From Squalus acanthias (Eukaryota), in NCBI GenBank assembly GCA_030390025.1, contig CM059431.1, positions 112,160,001 through 112,224,000 of the forward strand: a DNA stretch of 64,000 bases, given 5' to 3'. This document shows, piece after piece, positions 13,477-25,799 of the stretch; positions within the stretch are counted from its first letter, which is position 1, and each line of letters starts with the position of its first letter. The position numbers and the translations under genes were made by a program. A model generated the notes under the pieces. It saw only the letters and a list, made by a program, of their open reading frames with translations, was not told the DNA's origin and made no database searches.

Positions 13477-14793
13477 TCAAAATGATCCCCAATATGTGTT
13501 CAGAACCAGAAGAATGATAAAAACAATGTTGTAGATTGTCTACAGTCGTACCCAACATCAACATTAAATCAAACTTCAACCAATAGTTTGAGACCATCAG
13601 TCTACAAAGACCACCATAGGAAGTCTCAAGTTGAATTTATAGACAGGTCTGAGTGCATTTGAGTTAATTTCTGTTTATTTCCCATGACTGTGAAACGCCA
13701 CAGATATTAATGCAACACCTAAATACTGTTAGAATACTCAAGTGGCATACTGTTCTTAGTTTTTAAGTTATCAGAGTTTTAAAATGGAAGTAAAAAATGG
13801 AAGTTATGAATCATTTTGTTAAAGTTGTGAAAACATGGTTTAATGGTCTCAATAAAGGTAAGATCAGATTAATGAATGGTTCTTGGCTGCTCAATCCTTC
13901 AAATTTAATTTACATCAGCCTTTGAACAGGTTTTCAAACTTTGCTGACTGTGGTATAATGCCCAGCATGGGGGACTAAGGACATCAGCCTATAAAATAAC
14001 TGATTTCCTCAAATGTAGAAATATTGACATTTATATTTTAACTAAGTTTAACTGAGTAACATCTGCAGAGTTTGTAATGAACTTAAAAAATTGGCATAGC
14101 GGAGTATATTCTTTTGAAAGAAAAGAAAGATTTTCTGATTGGTAAGGGTTAGCAAGGATGTTCCCTGTGGAATTCTGACCTCTCTGTGTGAAAGAAATGC
14201 TAATGCCGCACATTTGTGTGTGGAGGGATTTAAAATTTTATTTTCCACAGGTAGCTTAAGCATTGATCCAGAGCTCACACAAAGTGCCCAACCTGTTCCT
14301 CAGCGTTCAGTTTCTAATTGCATCTCTTTCCCGCAGCCTGCGGGACTAAAAACATCTGCTTTCTCAGGTGGGGGGCGAAGCCAATGTGGGAGGCTCTAGC
14401 TGTGAACCACACTTCAAAATGTCAGAGAGATCATCTAGAGTCCCTAAAACTAAGGCGAGCCATTGAGTTCCAGGAGATTTACTGGGCTGCATAAACCCCC
14501 TTGGACCAGAAAGCCCACAGGGAACAATTATCCCCTTGAAATGGAATTTAGGTGTTGCATTAATATCTGTGGCGTTTCACAGTCATGGGAAACAAACAGA
14601 AATTAACTCAAATGCACTCAGACCTGTCTATAAATTCAACTCGAGACTTCCTATGGTGGTCTTTGTAGACTGATGGTCTCAAACTATTGGTTGAAGTTTG
14701 ATTTAATGTTGATGTTGGGTACGACTGTAGACAATCTACAACATTGTTTTTATCATTCTTCTGGTTCTAAACACATATTGGGGATCATTTTGA
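13477..14793. repeat. 248-bp inverted repeat (13477-13724 and 14546-14793) with about 820-bp spacer
   Basis: Arms are reverse complements with 3 mismatches by manual comparison. Confidence 0.95.
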
Positions 14794-14901
14794 CTTTGGC
14801 CGATAGTGGAAAACGGGCAATATCGAATCAGCTGATGGGGAGAGATGTATAACGGACAGGTGGTCCAATATACACTGTCACCCTAAGTCAAAATTACCCC
14901 C
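14780..14901. mobile_element. Short (122 bp) Harbinger-type MITE
   Basis: TIRs ggggatcattttgactt / aagtcaaaattaccccc; ATT on both flanks. Confidence 0.7.
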
Positions 14902-15109
14902 ATTGTGTCTAAAGTTCCTGGTTAAAATGGTTACTTATCCTTAATACCTATGTACACTTTACTATAATGCAACACTTCTGGAGGATGGTTGGAAGCTGCT
15001 TAAAGTAATTTTTCACAAATGGAAATTATGGTCAACTCCAAGTCCAATCATTTTGACTCATTCCAACACAGTAGACATCGACACATGTTATGAAGATCAA
15101 ATGTTGACA

Positions 15110-15977
15110 TTCACAACTCCACAGATAATGAAGCAGTCCATGCCCGCATGCAACAAGACCTGGACGACGTTCAGGCTTGGGCCGATAAGTGGCAGGTAAC
15201 ATTCACGCCACAGAAGTGCCAGGCAATGACTATCTCCAACAAGCGAGAGTCTAACCACCTCCCCATGACATTCAATGGCATTACCATCGCCGAATCCCCC
15301 ACTATCAACATCCTGGGGGTCACCATTAACCAGAAACTTAACTGGACCAGCCACATAAATACTGTGGCAACAAGAGCAGGTCAGAGGCTAGGTATTCTGC
15401 AGCAAGTGTCTCACCTCCTGACTCCCCAAAGCCTTTCCACCATCTACAAGGCACAAGTAAGGAGTGTGATGGAACACTCTCCATTTGCCTGGATGAGTGC
15501 AGCTCCAACAACACTCAAGAAGCTCGACACCATCCAGGACAAAGCAGCCCGTTTGATTGGCACCCCATCCTCCACCTTAAACATTCACTCCCTCCACCAC
15601 CGACGCACCATGGCTGCAGTGTGTACCATCTACAAGATGCACTGCAGCAACTCGCCAAGGCTTCTTCGGCAGCACCTCCCAAACCCGCGACCTCTTCCAC
15701 CTAGAAGGACAAGGGTAGCAGGCGCATGGGAACACCCTCCAAGTTCCCCTCCAAGTCACACATCATCCTGATTTAGAAGTATATCGCCGATCCTTCATCA
15801 TCGCTGGGTCAAAATCCTGGAACTCCCTCCCTAACAGCACTGTGGGAGTACCTTCACCACACGTACTGTAGCGGTTCAAGAAGGCGACTCACCACCACCT
15901 TCTCAAGGGCAATTAGGATGGGCAATAAATGCTGGCCTTGCCAGCGATGCCCTGATCCCATAAACGAATAAAAAAAA
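15110..15977 (+). mobile_element. CR1-Zenon-like LINE, 3' fragment
   Basis: QQDLDDVQAWADKWQVTF..KCQ; ILGVTINQKLNW; IYKAQVRSVME; A-rich tail; same family as 51130-52717. Confidence 0.8.
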
Positions 15978-16369
15978 GGACATTAGCAAAGAGGAAAATG
16001 AATGATATTCAGAAGCTGGTTTTATACTACTTTTAAAATTCAAATACCAGGTACTTTCTGTTTTTGGACAGGTTCCTGGCACTTATGATGTTAAATCTTG
16101 TTTGTTTGCCATAACCTGGTGATAGAGTCACAACACCGAGTTGTACCCGGCTTTGTAAAATGGATTTAACAGCATAAACACTGGGAGCCAACTCGCAGAT
16201 GCTGAACTCCTGGAAATCACATTAAAAGAAATGTATGAAAACAGCTTTGTCTTGAACCTGAAACTTACAGACTGATTAGCTCAGTCTACAGCAGAGGGAA
16301 AAATGCTCAGATGTTACTGATAATTTAAGTAACACAGAGGTCTCAAAGAGTGAGAAATAGGAATTGAAA

Positions 16370-16860
16370 AGCAATAGGGTACCTCACAAATTTAATGAAA
16401 AGTTTTGATGAAGTAGCTACATTAGACGAAGGTTATTCAGTGGATAGAATTCATTTGGATTTTAGAAGGCATTTGATAAAATTCCATAGTTATGGTGTAT
16501 AAAGAAGTCTAGGGCTCATGGAGTTACAGACAAATCATCCAGCTGTATGAAAAATGTATTGGTTTTATAATATTAAGGAAAAGATCTGTTTGAGAAACAG
16601 TAACTACTGGAGTCCTGCAGAGTTCTGTTCTGGGTCCCCTGCTGTTCACGGGCTTCGTGAACAATATGGCAGAGGATGCTCTTTGTAATGTAAATTTTCA
16701 GATCGCACCAAGCTATATGGCTAGATGACGGATATCTAGGAGACTTCTAGCGTTGAAAGGATCTGGAACAATTAAGCACATGGGATAAGGAATTTCTAGA
16801 TTTCAGTGTAAATAATGGTTTCATGCATTGTTTTACAGGCACAGAATTAAGGGGTCGTAT
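16370..16860 (+). mobile_element. Very old CR1 RT remnant
   Basis: Residual LDF.KAFDK and [17 protein letters not shown] codons. Confidence 0.55.
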
Positions 16861-17219
16861 TTAAGAAAAAAAAAGTTTTTATTATTTGCTGCAGCACTTC
16901 CCACCTCTCCTGAAGATGCTGACTTGCAGCACAGTTCCACAGTTACCAGCGGCCCTCTGGTATATTTATCAAGTGTGAGCCCAACTACTGACCAAACAGG
17001 TATCACAGACTAGAACGTGTAACTTGGACCTTTTGGTCTATGTGGGCTGATATTGTACAGGGCGGTAACTTTACCCGTAGAAGCCACTGGAGGGGCTTCA
17101 ACAGAATACGGCATCTCAACCTGACTCAGAAATGTCCGAAAATGATCCATAACCTTTGTTATACAGGCAGATTCAGCAGCCACTTTGCACGCAATGAGAA
17201 CACACAAATAAAAAAGAGA

Positions 17220-17382
17220 TGAGCATTTTATCTGTTTCTGTGGCGGTGATTGATGGAGGAATGTTAGTTAGAACACTGGGAAAACTCGCTTTTCTTTTCA
17301 AATAGTCCCATGATATTTTTACCATCCACCTGACCACTGGAACAGGCAAATGGGCCCTCGATGTAACGTCTCATCCGAAGAA
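17220..17382 (-). mobile_element. Deu-SINE fragment
   Basis: Reverse complement contains ttcggatgagacgttac..gagggccc..caggtggatg..atcatgggactatt. Confidence 0.6.
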
Positions 17383-17389
17383 GTAATGC

Positions 17390-17548
17390 TCATAGAATCA
17401 TAGAATGATACAGCACAGAAGGAGCCCATTCAGCCCATCGTGTCGGTGCCGGCTCTTTGAAAGAGCTCTCCAATTAGTCTCTCTCCCCTGCTCTTTCCCT
17501 GTAGCCCTGCAAATTTCTCCTTTTCAAGTATATATCCAATTCTCTTTT
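17390..17548 (-). mobile_element. CR1-type LINE 3' end
   Basis: catagaatcatagaa tail and gcccattcagcccatcg stem on the plus strand. Confidence 0.7.
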
Positions 17549-18039
17549 ATGTCAATTATTCCCATGTGATGTCAATCAATGCTTTCAAAAAAATATATAA
17601 GAATGAGTGATTGGATCGAGGGTTGTAGCATAGAGAGCTAATTAAGTACTCCATGATGCTTTCTGGGACCAAGGTGCTGTCTGTGGAAAACAGCAGTGGA
17701 GATGTGGGAATGGATGGACATTTTTGGAGTTACCTTTGGAGGGGGAGAGTTATTTATCCAGAATTTTACCTCAAGATTAAATATATGGTGTAGAATTCAT
17801 GATATGGTCGCTTTTAATTTGTGATAGGAGCAAGCTTGATGGACTGAATGGCCTCGATTCATTTTGTGCTTAAGTTTGATCAATAACAATGCACTGTGTG
17901 AATGCAACAGTGTGAACAGTTTGTGACTCTTTCTATAAAGAGTGGCGGTGTGATTTATCCCCACCCCACCAAAATACAGTCACTCATCAGGGAAATCTTG
18001 TGAAGGTGCATTAAAATAACAGTTTTGAATAATCATCAA

Positions 18040-18420
18040 AAGCTCAATGACCTGCATAAAACTTGATCGAGTTCTTTGATGAAATAACGGAGAGGGTTGA
18101 TGAAGGTAGTGCGGTTGATATTGTGTATATGGACTTTCCAAAGGCCTTGATAAAGTGTTATGTATTAGAATTGTTAGCAAAATTGAAGCCCATGGGATTA
18201 AAGGAACAGTGGCAGCGTAGATATTACATTGGCTGAGTCACAAAGCAGAGAGTAGTGGTGAACGGTTGCTTACTAGACTGGAGGGAAGTATAGAGTGGTT
18301 CCCCCCAGGGATTGGTATTAGAACCACTGATCTTTCTGAAATATATTAATGACCTGGACTTGGGTATAAGGGGAACAATTTAAACGTTTGCGGATGACAC
18401 AAAACTTGGCAAAGTAGTAT
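18040..18420 (+). mobile_element. Old CR1 RT fragment
   Basis: VDIVYMDF.KALDKV and FADDTKLG readable in codons. Confidence 0.75.
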
Positions 18421-18743
18421 TGGGCCCCAGGCCTTATTATTATTGAGCCGGCAAGCTGTGGATACCTAATGGGTGCCCACAGGCAGCTCACCAGAGAAGA
18501 GGACTCGATTATTGGGCCATTGTGTCATCTGCAGCGGCCCGCGGGTAAATCCTTAACGTGGACCGGGAGAGGGGTGCGACCGGAAGGGCGGGTAGCAGTG
18601 GCCGGGATCGGGAGGATAGCGGCGGAGATCGGAGGTGGGTGGAGGTTGTGATCAGGGCGGTGGGGGAAAGCAGTGGCCTGCATGGTTTTGAATGTGAAGC
18701 CCCTCCTGGCTCCACATTCAGGTAAGTATCTTTTAAACACTTA

Positions 18744-19636
18744 GGGGTAGAAATTAGGTCGCGCCCCATTTGGGGCGCAAATATCGTCTGGACGCAAATA
18801 TTAGCGCCTGGCGCTAATTATCGGCACTGACTGGAAACTTCACTTTTACCACCCCGGGAGGTGAGTGGAGCGCTAAAGCAGGCGCTGCACACCTGTCTTA
18901 AGGCGCAAAGGCCGAGCAGTGAGGCGCTAACTCAGAGCGCTGGCAAAGCTCATGTAATGTCAGTCAGCAATGGAACACACACACAATGGCACGGGCCAGT
19001 TCTTAAAGGGGATGGTTAATCTTGCTTTCCATCCACATCCTGTTCATTGCAGCCTTGAATCTCGGCCTGGAGAGACTTGCACATCAAATGTGCTGGAAAG
19101 AACAATGGAGAGTACCAGGCAAAGAGCTCAGAGTGCAGCTCCCACAGTCTCTGCTAAATCGATACAAGGAATGGCAAATCAAAATGAACCTGCAAAGTGC
19201 TGCTCAGTACCCAAAACTCCTTCACACAACGTTGAATCTCTCCAGAAGTCTCTCCCTCTCTCTCTCAGAATGCGTAGTTCAAAAATGCCACCAACAATAA
19301 AAGACAGGAAGAGGCCCCCTTTAAATAGCGCCCCCCCCAGCCCCACAGCGATTGATAGCATTCCAGTCTTCTGGTCGTTGGAAGCGCCAGGCGGTAAGGC
19401 AGGGGGCGCCACTCAATTTCTGCTCCGGGGCGCCACAAGGGCGTTGCACCATGGAATGACGTCACAATCTGCGCGCGCAGGTGGTCGCAGCGGTAAGTTT
19501 TAGCGCCGCTGCATAATGTCAAGTTAAGTTCTCGAGCGGCGCAAACATCGCTGCGCCCGGGCGTTAGCGGCTTTGCACCCCATTAGCGCCCTCTTAAGGC
19601 GCTAACGGGAGGCGCAATCAACTGAATTTTTACCCC
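18744..19636. mobile_element. Non-autonomous Harbinger element B1
   Basis: TIRs ggggtagaaatt / aatttttacccc, TTA on both sides, agcgcc-rich subterminal repeats like Harbinger copy 2. Confidence 0.85.
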
Positions 19637-19639
19637 TTA

Positions 19640-20333
19640 GGGCTAAAAATTGAGTAGTGCCCCTTGGGGCACGAACTTCGCCGGGGAATTAGCGCCCTCG
19701 CGCCGGAAATTGTGTGGTTGTGCCTCTTGGGGCGCTGCGAGTCAATATCGCGGTGCTACGCTGCGGCACGTCTTGCTGCGGTATTGCAGGCCTTCCTCCC
19801 CTTCTTAAAGGGGAGGGGCCTTGCGCAGCGTGACCCGGGGCCCAGCTGGGCCCCCGGGGATCGGGAGTGCAGGCAAAAGAGCCCGGCACTCAAGAGAAGT
19901 GCTGGGCTCTTGGAGGGCAGCCGGCACTCCGCGGGGGTGGGGGGGAGGTTCAGGAGGCCGGGGACGGGAGCGCAGGCAGGTGCTGGCAGGCGGCCAGCAA
20001 CAAAAATGGCCACCCTGCACCTCGCCTTTAAATAGCGCCTCCCTGGCCGCAGGTAGGCCCCCCTGACCCCGACGGACATAGCGTCCGGCAGTAAGTCATG
20101 GGGCGCACCCGAAGATCGTGGCCGGGGCGCGAGCGGGGCGCTGCGCACGGCGATGGCTTCATCTTCAGCGGCGCAGCGTCGCAGGGCACTACGGGTTAGC
20201 GCCGCCGCTAACCTTCCGCTGAATTTCGCGGGAGGCGTGGGCGGTGCCGCCCCCGGGCGCTAGTTGCTTTGCGCCCCGCTAGCGCCCTCTTAGGGCGCTA
20301 ACGGGAGGCGCAAAGCAATCCAATTTTTCCCCC
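19640..20333. mobile_element. Non-autonomous Harbinger element B2 (very GC/CpG-rich)
   Basis: TIRs gggctaaaaattg / caatttttccccc, TTA on both sides; homologous to 47064-47365 and 63169-63980. Confidence 0.85.
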
Positions 20334-20336
20334 TTA

Positions 20337-21146
20337 AGGCGCGATCTTGCCAGCCCTGGGAGGCAGGTATGGAGGCGGGACTGCCAGGGAAATGGCAGAA
20401 TTTGGGGGCGGGTGCCCAACCCGCCTCCAACCCACCTCCGTGCCATCTTGCCAGGAGGCGGGTAGCCGACCTGCGCCGGGTCCCGTCTCCTTGGAGGCGG
20501 GAAGGGGATTAGTGCCACTTATCTGCCTGTTAACAGGTAGTTAACAGGCAGCTAAGAGGATTATCCCCATTTTGCCCACACAAGTGCGGGCTTCCCGAAG
20601 GCTGCGAACCCCACCAGGGTCACCGAGATGAGTAGTGGGTCTGCGGGGGTGTCTGCAGGGTCCAAAAGTGTGCTGTGAAGGTAAGTGATTGGTGCAAGTG
20701 TGGAGAGGTGAGTATCTGAGGTAAGTGCAAAGTGTTAGAAAATGTTTACTTACCTTTGTTTCTTCCTGCAGGCTTCAATCAGTGGGGATGCGGAGAGTCT
20801 CACACCTCCGCGGCAGAGATCACAGATGGCCGTTGCATTCTCCAATGCAGCAACCATCTAATTTCTGCAAAATAAAGAGGTTTGATGAGGCCTTGAATTC
20901 AAGAACTCATCAAACTACAGAGAATGTCAGTGTTTGACAGCTTCACAGAGCTGTCAGACGATGACAATTCATCTGTCAAAAATTTTTGACAGATGAAACA
21001 TCATACGTTGACGTTCTCTGTAACCGGCTTTCCCTTAATTGGCCTGCTAAACCCGCTGGGTTGGCCAGAAATCGATGGAGGCGGGACTGAAACCCGACAA
21101 GTGGGAGTCCCGCCTCCAAAAGCTCCCCATTGGCAAAATCCAGCCC
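20337..21146. mobile_element. Harbinger-type MITE family A, copy 2
   Basis: Homologous to 9826-10670; ends aaaatccagccc; TTA on both sides. Confidence 0.85.
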
Positions 21147-23294
21147 TTAATTTGTTGGCTGCAACCTGCAGTGGTCACCTTAAGGATTGGCTGTAATGCT
21201 GCATGCAAAGCTGCTTTAGACTGGGCCGGCTGTGCTCAGGGCAACCCAATATTGCAGAAGGGGCCTCGAACAGGCGTTAGGCCCTTTATTCGAATATGCA
21301 AAGGACCTAATGCCTGTTTCAGGCATGGGCCCTGGACACCTATTTTTTTGCCGACATCAATATGGCGGGTGACGCACTTTGGGCTCGTAATAAGCGTGTG
21401 CTTCCTGCCCGGCACATTGGAGGCTTAGGTGTCTGCTTAGCGCCCGAAAACCGGGTGCATTTTTAGATGAACCTGTTACTGAAAGAACTGGTTTCAGTAA
21501 CAATACTCTCTGTGATAAAGCTTCAGGTTGTACAGCAACAGAAGAGGATCTTGAATCTGAGACTTTTGCCAAGCTTTTGAAGTAAAGAAGGGAATTAAGT
21601 AGGGGCAGAAGACAGAGAATGGGGGAAGATCAATATTAAGTTAACTTAAAGCTTATTGGAAGACTGGTGTGAAAATAATTTGTGAAATAGATGGGTTTTT
21701 TGCTTTCTGTCTCACCTTATTATTCCAGCTGCTAATTTTAAAACTTATAAATCAATCTGACCATTCTAGTTGTACCCAAGCTGATCTTAATATGCAGTTT
21801 ATAATGAGGATCAGATGTCTGTCTTTAAGCTTGGGCCCCAGTTAACGACGCCTGATCACCAGGAAATTTCAGGACCCTGCTGCGTTTTTCTTCGGAGAAA
21901 AATTGAAGTAAGAATGTATTACAGTATTAATGGAAAAGGAAAAGTCAGCATATGCTGCAGCTTTTGGAATACAGTGCAGTTCCTCTCCGATTCAGACGAT
22001 TACTATCCGATGCATAAAGCTCCAAGAAATAACATTGCTGTAATGTCAGACTTTATTATAACAAGGTCTTTAAACTTTTCCCGCTGTGCGCTTGGAAATA
22101 AAGTACCTTCATGCCTAAACTCATTTGCAAAGGGCTTAGTTACTGTTTACGTTTCCCGACTTCAAATGTTTTTGCTCACTTGTGGGACTATCTCCATATC
22201 TTACCATCAGGCACACTTTATATCATGTCCTATTGAGCATTTGATCATCATGAAGTGCATTGGACTATTCCCAACCAGATATTTAAAGGAGCTAATAGAG
22301 ACACGATGAACTTCTTTTGCTAAGCGCCTGTTCCATCTTATCTCTGCAGGGTGAGGATAAGTTGTTCAGACTTTCAGCCAAACAGCTTTGGGATTTATCT
22401 TAGTATTTGATTTGTTTTATTTGCAGCTTCGCACTGACGAGAGATGCCAGTGAATGCTCAATAATCGCTTAAATCTTTTTTCCTTTACCACTTCAGTACC
22501 CAGAGAATGTGGTGAGGCTTACAAAATGGGTTTGTGGGACAGTAAATTCAATAATATTTATCTTAAGTTAGCAGAATCTACGTTAAGGCATGTTGTTAGA
22601 ATTAACAGACAAGCAATCTGACTTTTCAATGACTGGTGGTAATCAAAGTTAGACATTTGTTGATAGGGTTTTATGGATTTGCGCTTTTGTCATAAATCTT
22701 CGCAAGCCAGGAACGTGCACATCACGTATTTAGGTGAAGAGGTCAACAGGCTTTCCAGGATTTTCCATCCATTCATTTTAATGGACATAAAATCCTGTCG
22801 GGCCTGCTGACCTTTGAACCTGAATTCCCAACATGCACTCCCAGTACACGGAGCTCTGCAATGGGAGTGCAAATTCGTAGAATCTGCCCTTATGTTGCCT
22901 GAAAGAAGAAACTGTAGATGCTGAAGGTGTTATTAATATTAGAACAGCCTTCATTAATTAAGTAAATGGAAAGCATCAATAAAACATGCTTATTAATTCC
23001 TACCCTAACCACTCTGTACAGTTGCAAAGCACACTAATATGATGTCCTGGGAATTTTGTTTCTACAGGATGATTTTGTGAATCATTGGCATTAATTGGAA
23101 CCAAATGAGTAATATCTTCCAATAATGCTTTTCCAACAGTTAAAAAATAATTATTGGGCAAATTAAAACATTATTTCCTGAGAGAAAAAGGACATGTATT
23201 TATATAATACTTTATCACCTCTCTCATTAGCATTTCCGAAATGACTCAAGACACTTCACAGAATGAATTACTTTGATGTGCAGTGACTTTTATA

Positions 23295-23568
23295 AATTCA
23301 TTGATGGGATGTGGGCGTCGCTGGCATTTATTGCCCATCCCTAATTGCCTTTGAGGAGGTGGTGGTGAGCCGCCTTCTTGAACCGCTGCAGTCCGTGTGG
23401 TGAAGGTGCTCCCACAGTGCTGTTAGGTAGGGAGTTCCAGGATTTTGACCCAGCAACGATGAAGGAATGGCGACAAATTTCCAAGTCAGGATGGTGTGTG
23501 CGACTTGGAGGGGAACCTGGAGGTAATGGTGCTCCCATGCGCCTGCTGCCCTTGTCCTTCTAGGTGGA
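23295..23568 (-). mobile_element. CR1-Zenon-like LINE 3' end
   Basis: Reverse complement of the 3' end at 52440-52700 (SKSWNSLPNSTVG..RFKKAAHHHLLKGN). Confidence 0.85.
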
Positions 23569-23909
23569 CAAACATAGCAACCATTTTGAATATCTTTGTT
23601 TAGCCCCAGGGGGATTGCTGATGAGAGCTTATTAAATTCTGTACATGGAAGAAAATTTGACTTGGATCCAATTTGTCCAAACCTTTCATAATTTTAAACA
23701 CTTCTATCATATCCCGTCTCCGACTTCTCCTTTCAAGAGAGAAAGACCCAGGGTAGTCAATCATCCTTAATAATTCTTTCCTTTAAATTCTGGGATCAAC
23801 TGTGTAGCCCTTCTTTGTAACCCCATCCATATGAGTCACTTAGGTTTGTGTCCCAATCATTTGAGTAAGAAGTCTTCCTCCCTATATATACATTCTATAT
23901 TCATGATTA

Positions 23910-25770
23910 TAAACATGAAAAATGCTGAACAAATATTTTGTTTCAGTCTTTATGGTAGAGGACACTAAGAATATCCCAACACTGGACAAACAGGGGACTC
24001 TAGTGGGGGAGGAGCTAAATACGATTAAAATTACTAAGGAATTGGTACTCAGTAAAATAATGGGACTCAAGGTGGATATATCCCCTGGACCTGATGGCTT
24101 ACATCCTAGGGTCTTGAGGGAAGTGGCAGTAGGAATTGTGGATGCTTTGGTAATAATTTTCCAAAACTCCCTGAACTCAGCAAAGGTCCCGGCAGATTGG
24201 AAAACTGCTAATGTAACACCCTTATTTAAAAAGGGTTGTAGGCAGAAGGCTGGAAATTATAGACCAGTTAGCCTAACATCTGTGGTGGGTAAAATTTTGG
24301 AGTCTATTATTAAGGAGACAGTAATAGAACATTTAGATAAACATAATTTAATAGGACAAAGTCAGCATGGCTTTATGAAGGGGAAGTCATGTCTGACAAA
24401 TTTGCTCGAGTTCTTTGAGGACATAACGTACAGGATGGATAAAGGGGAACCAGTGGTGGATGTAGTGTATTTAGACTTCCAGAAGGCATTCGACAAGGTG
24501 CCACATAAAAGATTATTACTCAAGATAAAAAATCACTGGATTGGGGGTAATATTCTGGCATGGGTGGAGGATTGGTTATCTAACAGGAAGCAGAGAGTTG
24601 GGATAAATGGTTCATTCTCGGACTGGCAACCAGTAGCCAGTGGTGTTCCACAGGGGTCGGTGCTGGGTCCCCAACTCTTTACAATCTATATTAACGATTT
24701 GGAGGAGGGGACCGAGTGTAACATATCAAAGTTTGCAGATGATACTAAGATGGGAGGGAAAGTAGAGAGTGAGGAGGGCATAAAAAACCTACAAGGGGAT
24801 ATAGACAAGCTGGGTGAGTGGGCAGAGATTTGGCAGATGCAATACAATATTGGAAAATGTGAGGTTATGCACTTTGGCAGGAAAAATCAGAGAGCAAGTT
24901 ATTATCTTAATGGCGAGAAACTGGAAAGTACTGCAGTACAAAGGGATCTGGGGGTCTTGGTGCAAGAAAATCAAAAAGTTAGTATGCAGGTGCAGCAGGT
25001 GATCAAGAAAGCCAATGGAATGTTGGCTTTTATTGCTAGGGGGATAGAATATAAAAACAGGGAGGTATTGCTGCAGTTGTATAGGGTATTGGTGAGACCG
25101 CACCTGGAGTACTGCATACAGTTTTGGTGTCCATACTTAAGAAAAGACATAGTTGCTCTCGAGGCAGTACAAAAAAGGTTCACTCGGTTAATTCCGGGGA
25201 TGAGGGGGTGGACATACGAGGAGAGGTTGAGTAGATTGGGACTCTACTCATTGGAGTTCAGAAGAATGAGAGGCGATCTTATTGAAACATATAAGATTGT
25301 GAAGGGGCTTGATCGGGTGGACACGGTGAGGATGTTCCCAATGATGGGTGAAACTAGAACTAGGGGACATAATCTTAGAATAAGGGGCTCCTCTTTCAAA
25401 ACTGAGATGAGCAGAAACTTTTTCACTCAGAGGGTAGTGGGTCTGTGGAATTTGCTACCCCAGGAAGCTGTGGAAGCTACTTCATTAAATAAATTTAAAA
25501 CAGAAATAGACCGTTTCCTAGAAGTAAAGGGAATCAGGGGTTACGGGGAGCGGGCTGGAAATTGGACATGAGTTTGAGTTCGGATCGGTCAAGGCCCTGT
25601 GGGTGGCGGAGCGGGCCCAGGGGCCGAGTGGCCTGGTCCTGCTCCTGCTTCTTGTGTTCTTTAGAGTTGAGGTTGGATCAGATCAGCCATGATCTCATTG
25701 AATGGCGGAGCAGGCTCGAGGGGCCGATTGGTCTACTCCTGCTCCTATTTCTTATGTTCTTATGTTTATG
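23910..25770 (+). mobile_element. CR1 (HER1-type) LINE, 5'-truncated, young
   Basis: Uninterrupted RT-domain ORF plus duplicated 3' tail ending ttatgttcttatg. Confidence 0.95.
23922..25571 (+). CDS. CR1 ORF2 C-terminal part (reverse transcriptase, 549 aa, no endonuclease domain)
   Basis: SPGPDG, NYRPVSLTS, QHGF, YLDFQKAFDKV, GVPQGSVLGP, FADDTK, RPHLEYC. Confidence 0.9.
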   Translation: MLNKYFVSVFMVEDTKNIPTLDKQGTLVGEELNTIKITKELVLSKIMGLKVDISPGPDGLHPRVLREVAVGIVDALVIIFQNSLNSAKVPADWKTANVTPLFKKGCRQKAGNYRPVSLTSVVGKILESIIKETVIEHLDKHNLIGQSQHGFMKGKSCLTNLLEFFEDITYRMDKGEPVVDVVYLDFQKAFDKVPHKRLLLKIKNHWIGGNILAWVEDWLSNRKQRVGINGSFSDWQPVASGVPQGSVLGPQLFTIYINDLEEGTECNISKFADDTKMGGKVESEEGIKNLQGDIDKLGEWAEIWQMQYNIGKCEVMHFGRKNQRASYYLNGEKLESTAVQRDLGVLVQENQKVSMQVQQVIKKANGMLAFIARGIEYKNREVLLQLYRVLVRPHLEYCIQFWCPYLRKDIVALEAVQKRFTRLIPGMRGWTYEERLSRLGLYSLEFRRMRGDLIETYKIVKGLDRVDTVRMFPMMGETRTRGHNLRIRGSSFKTEMSRNFFTQRVVGLWNLLPQEAVEATSLNKFKTEIDRFLEVKGIRGYGERAGNWT

Positions 25771-25799
25771 TAAATTATGCTTTTTTCTTTGAGGGTTAC

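Larger units (their letters stand above)
18421..21460. mobile_element. Older GC-rich MITE-like element hosting a triple insertion at TTA 18741
   Basis: GC-rich halves 18421-18740 and 21150-21460 flank the stacked insertions; ends approximate. Confidence 0.45.

Noticed and set aside
18970..20148. Several overlapping 60-180 aa ORFs and a CpG-island promoter
   Set aside because: Products of GC-rich MITE sequence repeated at 47064 and 63169; no protein motifs
21815..22309. 164-aa ORF as a host gene
   Set aside because: No recognisable domain or convincing exon boundaries
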